From contig OX597814.1 in the NCBI GenBank assembly GCA_951406725.2, positions 120,342,001 through 120,406,000 on the forward strand: a stretch of 64,000 nucleotides of DNA, given 5' to 3'. The DNA is from Octopus vulgaris. Lineage: Eukaryota. Positions within the stretch are counted from its first letter, which is position 1. Every line of letters starts with the position of its first letter. Positions 52,801-64,000 of the stretch are shown here, one piece after another. The position numbers were made by a program, and so were the translations under genes. Below the pieces are notes generated by a model. It saw only the letters and a program-made list of their open reading frames with translations. It was not told where the DNA came from and made no database searches.

Positions 52801-54949
52801 TCTATCATTGAAGGTAAGGTAAATATATTTTGCTTTTGAATTAGAAAACATTATTTAGATCTAAACTTGATTGGAGGCGTTACTTACTCTCCTATAAAGT
52901 TGCTCCAAATTTTGATGTACACTTTTTTTTTCTTCGGGACTAAATTTCAATATCTTTATGCCAAAATGTAGCTAGGGACCAGTGCTCTTCAAACACTTTT
53001 TTTATTTGGTTAAGAACTGAATTGGCCATAATGCTCTGAAGATGCTGAGTGTGAGTAAATTGCGGCCTTAAGAGTATTTTATTATTTAACTGCTAACGTA
53101 ATTGAAGGATATTCAGGTGCCAAAAAACAAAACGTGATAATGTATGAGTTATCTAGCGTCCATAAAATACATACCAATATCATTAGGACTGATTTGAACG
53201 ATAATATATATATATATTTGAATTGGAAATAGAAAAATTAATTTCAAATTCAAATCTATAGTATATTCTGTGACATACCTGCCAAAATATTATTTTAACC
53301 AACAAAAATGTTATTTTATCAATGGAGAAACGAAAGGCCTTTGAGAGGTCCTTATGAAGCAACTGTCCGCTTCAGGAGATTCCGTCTAAATCAGAGAGCA
53401 ACATGAAAAGAGTGTATGAATATTACTGAATCCCTTTATTCCTGGTGTAATAGTTGTTTGCCTTTTCCCGTGATAGCTTTCCTGCGAATCTATATTTTGA
53501 TAATTTAACAACAAACCGCTTTGAATGTGTCCAAAACTCGCAGACAAATCTTACGTTGGTTTTCTGTATTCTGAATTGTAATTCTTCAGTCACTACATAA
53601 TATTTTTCACTATATTCAACATTAGTCACGAAAACCAAAGAGAGGAATGCAAGTTTAGCTTTCCGTGTATATCTCTTTCTTATGAAAATGGCCAAGACAG
53701 GCGAATTATTTCTCCACATCATGCAAATTTGGCATCCGAATTCTAGTTTCTGACGACCTTAAATCATGGCAAAATGCAAGGATAAGTGAAATTCTTCCCC
53801 TTATTTTCTTTTTGTGGTTACGCTAATATGCAAAACACTTCAGGCAGACTTTCTTGAAACGACCAATGTTCTACTCATTCCAACTCTGATTTTATTTATC
53901 ATACACTTTCAGTACCATTTAGTGCATGGGTGCAAATATCAATACGAAACATGTCGATTCTGATGCCACTCCATCTCGACATCGCATGTGAATCCAATTA
54001 GAAATTTTATCAATTATGCAATTAGGAAAAATCCAATGCTCCTATTGAAAGTCTGTTGTGTAACATCATTTAGCCGATCATAAACATTTAGGAAGACTTA
54101 TATGGATTTGAAAGAAACTAAAATCTGCTCCCTATCGCTTGTCTAGCGATGTTAATTTTCATTGTGTACAACACACGCGTAGACCACATAAAAATATTCA
54201 CATGATTTATCGTATTGGTGGAATTGACGGTGAAATAGATTTATTACATCTAAGCTGCACTCTATCCGTGTACAACAAGTTTATCTCATCATCATTTGAA
54301 CCCTACCGTAGAAATTTAATGCCTCAAATCATATATGCACATGACGTCTGCAAGACACTCATTATTTCATATATTTTGTAAGTGTATGCTTACTGCATCG
54401 TTTTAACCTACCGTTTTTCGCATTAGAACACTTATATCTGTTTTATTGCGTCGTTTTGTATTTTGAATTCATATCCGTCCATTGTCAAGTTTATTTGATA
54501 AATATCTGCAACGACCATAGGAGCCGACCTGCCTACTCTTGGCTGTAATCGTCATTGTTGATGAAAATGAAATGATTTTAATGTATAGAAACGTCATGAA
54601 AGATAGTGATTCAGCTTCAATAGCAAATTTTATGCAATAGAAAATTGACAAATGCATGTGTTCCATCCATTCTCATTTTCCTTCCCAATAAAATACTTTC
54701 CGTGCAACAAAGTAGAACATTGATAATTAAATTTTAGTCGGTAGTCTGGCCAAATGGATAACAATATTCCGTGTGCAATGGGTCTATATCTATTCACTTT
54801 TCTTATTTCCATGCAATAGAGACCTTTAAGTGATCCGTTATACGATTGATATGTTAAAGATACGTGAATTGGCATTGCTTTTGGAAACTATCATTAATCA
54901 TCATCGATTTTGTCATCATCATCATCACTCCACCGCTGCAACAGTCGTT

Positions 54950-55024
54950 TCACTGCTCCCTCTGGTCGACATCCTGTTCCTGGTTGACGTCCTCTTCTTC
55001 GTCGTCGTCGTTTTCGTCGTCATC
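54950..55024 (-). other. Candidate exon start with acidic coding tail
   Basis: Strong acceptor atttcccctttttctgttcag| followed by DDDENDDDEEEDVNQEQDVDQREQ*, in microsatellite-poor unique sequence. Confidence 0.3.
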
Positions 55025-55779
55025 CTGAACAGAAAAAGGGGAAATGTGATCGATAGAATAATGGACGTATCCCCTGTGTACATTTCGGATACATATATAA
55101 CATCTGAAAAACTAATTTGTCAAATAGAAGCAAAACATAACACCATTGTTTCAGCTAAGAAGATCTTTTTCACACTTTATTATACCTTCTAGCATTAAAG
55201 AAATAGCATTATTATATTTAATTGCAAGTCTTCCTAGAGTTAAATCTAATTATTAGCAAGCATTCATATCTTAATGAGTGAAATTGAAACGCTTGTGAAT
55301 AGCAGAGAGAGTTTGACTGTTCTCTGTGAAGCAGTATTTATATCACACATTCATGAAACTTTTGTTTCACTGCTTTTCACATTGATTGAATATATTTGAT
55401 TTATTTTCATTTCTATAATTGTGAAATTGAGAAGGTTTCATTATATTATATTCCATTTAATAGTAGAAGGCTCTGCTTTGAAATTTCCGGCTTTAATTAG
55501 TAATTTCATAATTAAACTGAAATAAGCTGGACATGATTAATCTGATGTGAGGCTGTTTTCGACAACGATCAGCTCGTGTTTAAGAACTGTTCCTGGAAAG
55601 AGAACTAATAGAGAAACGGGTGTGTATATTACTTTGTTATACTGCTGCTATATCTAAATCGATTCATTATCCTGAATGAAATGATACCGTCCTGCATCAC
55701 TGGATCTTTAGACTTCCTTGTCTCTGAATCTACAGCTGAAGGTTTTGGCAACCTGTCTGAAGAATATGCACAAATTTGA

Positions 55780-56264
55780 AAGAATCATTTTACCTCTACT
55801 TCTGAAAAATGATGGTACCGTGAGCACTAATCCCTTCAATAAACCTGTCTTTCTTTGTTACTCGTTGTAAAACCACATCTGCATTCACACACTTCGAAGC
55901 TTTTGCTAACCATTTCTTCTTCCAACCAACAAAGCTCCTTATACTGCATAAATGCAAATAAACCTCGTAAATATTATTGCTTGCACCAATCTAATCAGAT
56001 TGCCTCTCTTGACAGTGACATTTCCGTTAAATTCAGACATTTAGCATCGGACCTTCACGGCAATTCTTATCAAACACTTCAATCGCTCACTGCTGGAATA
56101 TAGATTCATGTCTGAAATTATACTACATTCTGTCTCTTTCTTAAGAAAGGTCACACATTTCACGCAGCCAACTATCGTTCTATTGCACTGACTTCTAAGA
56201 CATTAACATAAATGCAACGTACATTAACAATAATACTTTCCACCGACTTTTAATTTCTAGTTTA

Positions 56265-56296
<32 letters not shown>

Positions 56297-57460
56297 CTCT
56301 CTCCCTCTCTGTACTACGTGACTCCCAGTACAGCTTCCGTAAATAGGAACTCACTTATGACCTACTCTCTTATGTTACTCATGAGGATGTTCTATATGTA
56401 TAAAATTTTGGCTAAATTAATCATGTTGCCCTGAATATCTGCAAAACCTTCGTGCATGACTAGCATACGAATCTACTTAAAATTCCTACCTATAAGTTCC
56501 ATCAGTTTTCCTCTTCGATCGGAAGGAGCCCTTTCCGCCTCACACTCAATAAATTATGATGTGTCAAAGACTTCAGTATTGCACACCCTTTCTTTTCCTT
56601 CTCTCAGTCAATGATCAATTTTCTATCATCTTCAAAGCTGACAATATTTCCACAGTCCAAAGAACACTTTGTTTCTTTCTAATCTTCCCAAACCCCACCT
56701 CAACTGCTTGCAATCTGAACACAACATGCCACACATACTGAGTGAATGGAGATCTTGAGAGTTTCCTCCAATGCATTCATGCCAATCATAAATTTTTTTC
56801 AAAAACAAAAAGCACAATTGCTACTCATCTGAAGTAAATTATGTCGCATTACCTAATCGTGGACAGTAGACAAAAAGGGTGTTCATGATCATTCCATTTA
56901 TTAAGATATCCTATTACATAAGCATTTTATTTGGAAAAAAGTTATTTACCTTCTATAGGAATGTATTCGTATTTCTTTTTTTGCAGACCGTTTTTTGAGC
57001 CCTTATTTCCAGAGGACAAAATATTTCAACCTCCAAAATGTTATACTGCTTCACAAAGTATGAGATCCACGGTGTACTCTCGTGCCCATATCTTCTACTG
57101 ATAAATATGCTATACACACAAATACCATAAATTACATTCAGTAAAAGGTTTCTTGAATCGTTGGCAAAGCTCTCATCTCTCTCCATGCTTGTGCAGCTCT
57201 CTCCATTTGCATTTTCTACCGCTATATAAAAATCCTGTTTTCCGCGTTGTTAGGTGTGTTTTTTACTTCTCTTATTAGGGCTTTTTGAAACCACATGTTA
57301 CTCGTCTTCCCATCTATCTCTCTGTGCTCATCACTCCCACATCTCACATTAAACTCAATGATCAGTCTTACCCTTCCTCAACATAAAAACTCCAGCCTGT
57401 TCTTCTGCTTTCAGCAGGCTTTAACTTGCAACTACTTAAAGTGAAAATTAATGATGTCGA
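55780..57460 (+). mobile_element. Heavily decayed LINE reverse transcriptase (CR1-Zenon/Jockey-like)
   Basis: Remnant motifs occur in order: LKKGHTFHAANYRSIALTS (56140-56196), LRDSQYSFRK*ELTYDLL, VALNICKTF (canonical ALDISKAF), SINYDVSKTSVL then FLLSVND (canonical GVPQGSVL..FINDL), KADN, and later AALSICIFYRY. Confidence 0.7.
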
Positions 57461-58286
57461 AATCACTAAGCTAAAATTGCTTTTAAATGCTTGTTTAATG
57501 CTCTTTACCTTAAGACAGTAAACAATATATGTAATGGAAAAAATAAAGAAAGTAATCGAAGGGGCGATGCGTACCCTGCGTCCAGGGAATTTTGCAAATT
57601 ATAGTGTGACTTACTTGCTTTGCTTAACTATGTTTTTTAATTGAACTGAATTAATAATTTTTTTCTTTTATTTTTAAGTATCACCATTATAGATATTTAT
57701 GCTGCGGTAAAATTAAAAAATCAAATCGGAAATAAGCTAAATTACAGAACGAGCTTTCTTGGATGACGACACTTCTGTAAAAGGAATTTTTTTTTATTGT
57801 AACGTATAGTCTTGTAGCAATTGCTACTGACTTCTAATGAAAATAAAGGATGATGTCTAGAAATTATAAATTAATCCTTGTTTTTGCTTGGATAATGGAA
57901 ATTCTTTCTTTGAAAACGTGGGAAAAAATTTTGAACGTCTTTTGATCTTATAGACTCAATCGCAAAAATCTTAGCAAAATTTGACCATTTGATAAAAAGA
58001 TTTTTTTTTTTAGGTATACAGGGAAATTGTTAGGAATAATTTGCATAATTATAAATCTATGCGATATATTTGAAACATTACAATAGAATTCGATAACTGA
58101 GTTAAAATTTCATTAGGTATGTATACAGCTAATTCAGTAACTGAAAATGGTAGCAAACTCATCATTATATCGTGGTCAACGGTATACACAAATACATATA
58201 ATATAAAATCTTAAAACGATATCCTATGTGAGCGAATATCTATGACATAAGAGCAATGGATCTCAATAAATATACAAGAAGTTTCA

Positions 58287-59065
58287 AGGTGCAGCAGTGG
58301 ATATGTGGTAAGAAGCTTGCTTCCCAATCTCATGGCTCCGGGTTCAGTCCTACTGCGTAGTATATTGGGCAAGTATCTTCTACTATAGCCTCGGGCCAAC
58401 CAAAGTCTTGTAAGTGGATTTGGTAGACGGAAGCTGAAAGAAGCTCGTCGTATATATATATATATATATATATATAATACAAAATGGGACAAGAATGCAA
58501 AACATCAGGACAGCTAGGTGATATAAAAAGGGACAACAAAACATCCAGATAGACGATACAAAGAAAACATGGACAGGTCATTCGAAGTTTTCTTTCCTCA
58601 GCCAAGCACCAGATTATCCTCGCAATTTTGGCAGATTATACTTGAGATTGCTCCAATTTGGCCATCTCCAAGAAAAAAAACTAATCTAAGAGCATTAGAT
58701 GCCCTGGAAGAAAGCAGCGAATGCATAGACAAAAAGGACGAAAAAAACGGACAATGTTACACAAATATAAATACAATAAAAATGCAATAAAAATAATAAC
58801 AGGACATAACAACAGGTGTCTTTCGGCGAAGGACGAATTGAATTAAGCTGGCGCGTGTATGTATATGTATATATGTTTGTGTGTCCATGTTTGTCCTCTT
58901 ACCATCGCCTGATAACCGACGTTGGCGTGTTTACTCCCCCGTAACCTAGCGGTTCTGCAAAATAGACCGATAGAATAGGTACTAGGCTTACAAAGAATAA
59001 GGTGGTTCTCAAGCATGGCCGCAGTCAAATGACTGAAACAAATATAAGATTAAAAGAATAAAAGA
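58287..59065 (+). mobile_element. SINE family A split by a nested insertion (58477-58855) in its internal (TA)n
   Basis: The 5' half (58287-58450) and 3' half (about 58870-59065) are colinear with intact copies; the intervening sequence matches 20940-21065. Confidence 0.85.
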
Positions 59066-61724
59066 AATAGGTCCATCTTTGTCGTTTCTCTGACGCGAAC
59101 GTCCCCATATTTTACCTCTAGGCTTTCAATAACAAACACCCTTGACAATTTTGTATTATATCTATTAACGCGAATCCTAAAACACCTTCTATTTTTGCAA
59201 CGACTTTGATAATAGTACCTATCAGGAACTCATATTAGATTTATAATTCTCTATATCATTTTGACAGTCAAGCGCACGGAGCAAAAGCTTCAAATCCATT
59301 AAAATGAATAGAAATCGAAAAGTTTAAATATGTATTACGCCGACTAAATGTCCATATCATTTTTTGGCTTACAAAGACAAATAGCCACACATTTTGAAGG
59401 GTGTTATAGTCGACGTGACTACATATCATTGGAATTCTGTTTCCTTCACCCAGAGAAATGAAATTTACGCTGAATCTCTTCAGAATGAATATACACTGAA
59501 CTAAATATCCTAATGCATGTCATCGTACTCTCTAGCGATCTTTGTATTTTACCATCATAACTTACCTAGGGTAATCGTCCTTTTAGTGAAAAACGTGTCA
59601 GCTTATTGCTGACATTGTATACGGAACCATTGCCATGCACATTAGATGACTTCTCGCTTTTCGCTTTCGTGAGAGAAAAGACAAATTAACTGACAGTGAA
59701 TCTTGTACCAAAACCGCTGGAGTATTTAAAATACAACTAAAATTATTCCTCCTTTGTTTCTACTTGGCCCTGAGCCAAGTTTCAGACAGAACTAGTAAAC
59801 TGTGCTGTGCAGTTCAATGCGTATCTCTCTGCCTGGCATCATCTTATACACCGTTTTATTCTAACATGAAAACTGTTTTTCTATTTCGTTAAACAACAAA
59901 ATACAAATCGTTAGCAATCCTTTATTGTTTTCACCCCTTTTAAGCTCTACTTAATAATTCCATTTAAGCAATTACTAATGAATAAATACAAACGAATAAA
60001 TTCATAGATATGCATTTAGTCTCATATCTGGTGATTCAAGTGTCTTACCATAATGTTTGCAATTATGGAAAACATTATCATATAGCTCTTTTATCAACTT
60101 AAACAAAAGTATGCTCTGTATATTGTATGGAATATTTTTTTTGTATTTAAAAGAGAAAATTAATGCCTTTGAAATAAATAGAATTACGTTACGGGTCTCT
60201 AAATATATTCTTAATGAAACAATGTTATTAATGATGTAGTCCCTCACAGGCATTTGCATTAAAATAGTGTTGATACCTTATTACCAATAAGTTCATCACA
60301 TGACCAATTTCGTTGGATAAGCAATGAAAGAAACAACAGACGAATTAGATCGATTTAAATGCTATGAATATCGATTTTAGGTTTCAAGACAAAAGCACAC
60401 TAAGAAGAAAAACTTTTCACCAAAGTAATCTGCGGAATTTGTATTTTGAGAAAAAATTACGAGAAAAATGAAATTAACATTCTTATGTGTAAAACACTAA
60501 TTTATGTGTAGAACACTTATTTATGTGTATAAAATGCGATAGAACAGCAGCATCAGCATCCTATCCACTGCAGCAAGACACAAATCTAAAATGTTAAAAT
60601 GAATAGTATTAGATATTAAAGGTCAGAGTTATATAGCAACTGGGACTCTTCTCTGAAACTTCATTGAATTTCTGATTTCAGCAAATAATTAAATGTATGG
60701 TGCGATGATTAATAATGATCAAGATAGAGATAAGCAACTCATCTCTATTGATGCTTGTGCTCTTGTATTGTTATCTCATTGAAGTTATAGCATGCCATCA
60801 CATATTGTTTTGATTTGTTCTGGCATATAATATCGGGAATTCCTATTGCCAATACTAATCTGAGATGACATCTCGAACTAGCCATTTGTTCGGATGTGAA
60901 TTCGATTGGAAATACACTTGGAAATTAATGCCGGTCGGGAAATTCTTATGATTTAAATTGCATATCTCACTAAATTTGCTACTAATGGAAATTCTCCCTG
61001 TGGGAATTCATAACAATTATCTATAGAACAATAGGCCATTTATTTTTAGGCCACATTAACATGAATCATCAACCGAGTAAGTATATTTGAAGTTTTGCTC
61101 TGACTCCTATAATCTACACCAGTTGTTTATTAGAGTTATTTGGAAATTAGTTTGATAATGATCTTTGCTTCACATAGTCATTAGCAGTCCAACACTAATC
61201 AGCAGAATGAAGAGAAAGCAGAATTATTTGTAGTATTCCTACTTGCTGAGACTGTGATGCGATTTCAAATTCTTTCTTTGTGGCATTGTGTTTCATTTGT
61301 GAACCTAATTTCATTGAAGGAGTTCTCGTTTTCCTTCCCTATAACATAGAATTCTCTGTTACAACGCAATTATCATTAAATGGAATATAATTGCAGGATA
61401 TATAACGAAAGCCATTCGAGTATTTATGTAGATATCTGAGTTAATAATGGTGTATCATCAACTCATTTGTATTAGAAAGTGTTGGCGTTCTGATAAATCA
61501 GGCAGTTAATTCATTTCCTGAAATTACATGCAGGGATTTCGCAGCATTTACATGCAAACGATGCAGTTTTAAAACACTATAATTTCGAATAAGTCGCGAT
61601 GAAATTCTCTGCTCAACTCTCATAAAATAATAGCAATTTCCAATTTCCCGCTTCTCTTTGAAATTATACACTCATAAAATTTATTGCCAATAAAATATTA
61701 CGTAATTTTAAAAAAATATATATA

Positions 61725-61950
61725 TTCTTCTTTTATCTATTATTTGTTTCAGTCATTAGATTGCGGCCACGCTGCTGCATCACATTGAATATATGTTAGT
61801 CTTATGCATCGAACCCAGCATTTATTTTCTTTAAAACTGATACTTATTCTATCAGTCTTTTATAATAAGTAGCGGGAATATAAACACACCAGTACCGGTT
61901 GGCAAGCGATTGTGAGAGACAAACACAGACATATAGGTACACACACACAT
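61725..61950 (-). mobile_element. SINE family A, degraded 3' part
   Basis: ttgtttcagtcattagattgcggccacgctg...tacttattctatcagtc...taaacacaccagtaccggttggcaagcgat. Confidence 0.7.
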
Positions 61951-61951
61951 C

Positions 61952-61996
<45 letters not shown>

Positions 61997-62059
61997 CACA
62001 TATATATAAACACATATGTACATGTATACATATGTATATATATATACTTTATAATTAGG

Positions 62060-62370
62060 GTTCAGCAAAGATTTGCTTCACCACATACCGAAGTTTAGAA
62101 ATAGCAGTCAAAAAACCTTAGCTATTTTTCTACTTTAAAAGGGACTATCAGAAAAACCAAAGTGCTTGAAAACAATCCACGCAGGCAAAGAGGAAAAATA
62201 ACGAAAATCAATCCATATTTGGTTACACATGTACGCGCGTTTCGGAATTAGATCGGTATAAAGAATATATAATATATAATTATACTTTACCCAACAATTT
62301 TCGACTCTTCAGCACGGGATTCCAACAATATTAAATATTAAATATTAAATTCGAAGGCACTGGAATATTT
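62060..62370 (-). mobile_element. PLE-derived repeat of the 1-567 family
   Basis: Shares blocks with 1-160, starts at a (TA)n tract, and contains a hammerhead. Confidence 0.6.
62228..62316 (-). ncRNA. Hammerhead motif with long AU-rich stem II
   Basis: Minus strand reads CGTG-CTGAAGA-G...(aattgttgggtaaagtataat/attatatattctttataccgatctaatt)...C-GAAA-CGCGCG-TA-CATG. Stem I is CGTG/CATG and stem III is the palindrome CGCGCG. Confidence 0.6.
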
Positions 62371-62379
62371 CTCTCCACC

Positions 62380-62713
62380 GTAGCATCTTCTCCTCTTCCC
62401 TCTCAGCCCGACATGAAACTTCCCGTGCTCCAGATCCCGCTGCAACACCTGCCCCTTCATCACCAACATCACTGCTGTCACCGGCTCCAACCTTTCTTTC
62501 CATTCAAAATGTGACCGCGTGTGTACCGTTGGCGATTTTTTCCCTCCGTCTTCCCTTCTTTGGATCTTTCCTTTTCCTATGTTTCTGACGAAGAGCTCCG
62601 CTCGAAACGTTAAACCCTCCTTCTTTCCATCCTTCCTGAGCGTTCAATAATACTATATTTGTTCCACGTCCTCGCGTTGTTATGCTTTCTCTTTGTGTTT
62701 TCATGTTTGAATT

Positions 62714-62717
<4 letters not shown>
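62380..62717 (+). mobile_element. Internally deleted Penelope-like element (Neptune-type): Cys-rich linker remnant fused to the hammerhead-bearing terminus
   Basis: 62417-62491 translates NFPCSRSRCNTCPFITNITAVTGSN, matching the FPCxxxRCxTCxxI...TG Cys motif between RT and GIY-YIG of Neptune-clade PLEs. It is directly followed by the ~205-bp terminus and (TA)n. Confidence 0.75.
62581..62615 (+). ncRNA. Minimal type I hammerhead ribozyme, intact core
   Basis: GTTT-CTGACGA-A-GAGC(tcc)GCTC-GAAA-CG-TT-AAAC; GUU site. Confidence 0.8.
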
Positions 62718-62792
<75 letters not shown>

Positions 62793-63700
62793 CTAGCAGC
62801 TAAACCCAGTTTCACGCGGTCTGTTTGGATGATGTGGCTGTGATCGTTTTTGGTTAGGCATAATCTATAACACTGTTTCTGAACGTTATCATTTCGGGTC
62901 CCATGTTTTAATTGGACCCTCTGACTGTATGAAAATTTCCGGACTTCTCCAACCTACTTGACAGAAAACACCTTCAGGAGTTGTAAAAAACTAATTTGTA
63001 TGTACTCTGTTTCTGAGAGCTATTCCATTGAACCTCTGTCTAATCATTAAAACAATGATTTAATTATGAACATAGAAAGACATTATACATTGATCCCTAT
63101 TTTTTGTAAGCAGTTGTATCCGTAAAAAATGTTATTTGCAGAGAGCAGAAATTGAAAGAAGATACATGAAATGGAAGTTTGTGTGTGTGTATGTGTGTGT
63201 ATATGTGCGTGTGTGTGTGTATGGGTGCATGCTTGCGCGTGTGTATGTGAGAGAGAAAGAGGGGTGAGAAAGAGAGACTGAGTGAGTTAGTGAAGGTGTG
63301 TGTCGTGATGATTGACGTATTTGTACGTAGTCTGTTTCTGAGAGCTATTCCATCGGACCTCAGTGTATTCATTAACTCATTGATTTAAGTATGAACATAG
63401 AAAAAAATTATACATTAATCCCTATTTTTGTAAGAAGTTGTATCCGTAAAAAAATTTATTTGCAGAGAGCTGAATTTGAAAGCGATATATGAAATGGGCG
63501 TGTGTGCGTGTGTGTGCGTTTGTGCGTTTGTGCGTTTGTGTGTGTAGGTGTGTGTGTGTGTGTGTGCGTGTGTGCGTGTTTGTGTGTGTGTGTGCTTGCG
63601 CATGTGTATGTGAGAGATAAAGAGGCTGAGAAAGAGAGATAGAGTGAGTGAGTGAAGGTGTGTGTCATGATGATTGACGTCTTTTAGTGTACACACACAC
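62793..63700 (-). mobile_element. Helitron-like element (3' end at 62793) containing a ~325-bp tandem duplication
   Basis: The minus strand ends ccgcgtgaaactgggtttagctgCTAG|T. Internal units start tctgtttctgagagctattccat at 63006 and 63331. The 5' end was not located. Confidence 0.5.
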
Positions 63701-64000
63701 ATAGAAAATGTCATCGTATAAAATTTTTATGATAGTTGATTTATGGAAAAGATTATGTTAAATTTTTGAAATGCAAATATGTGAATGAAAATTAAATTCA
63801 AACTTCTACATGGTAGCTAGACCTGGTAGAAATAGCAGCCAAATCACCCTAAAAAACCCTACTGTCTTAATCGGAGAATTCTGCCTATTATGTAGTTTGA
63901 ATCAGAAGCTGTCACTAAAGATTATTAACCCCACAAAGAGGTGAAAGAAGAGAGACAACATAGCGAAGGTTTTGGCTGACTGTGATCCTGTACTCTCCTT

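Overview
AT-rich eukaryotic (animal) genomic DNA full of (TA)n, (CA)n and (GATA)n microsatellites and interspersed repeats. The SINE families look like those of octopus (coleoid cephalopod) genomes; this is from recall, not a database search. No intact protein-coding gene is evident, and most ORFs in the track are microsatellite translation artefacts. Recognisable elements: a decayed Tc1/mariner (maT-like) transposon with TIRs; a 5'-truncated CR1-clade LINE with few lesions; fragments of RTE, R4/Dong-like and Zenon-like LINEs; about 14 tRNA-type SINE copies from 3-4 families; five non-autonomous Helitron-like elements; and two Penelope-like (PLE) protein fragments (a Naiad-type GIY-YIG end and a Neptune-type Cys linker). 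The most interesting hidden signal is a set of at least nine minimal type I hammerhead ribozyme motifs, some intact and some mutated. They belong to several unrelated (TA)n-flanked repeat families, and each has a palindromic stem III. One family forms a ~290-bp tandem dimer with a hammerhead in each unit, i.e. a retrozyme-like arrangement. Weak splice-signal evidence suggests the window may lie inside one or more long-intron transcripts.
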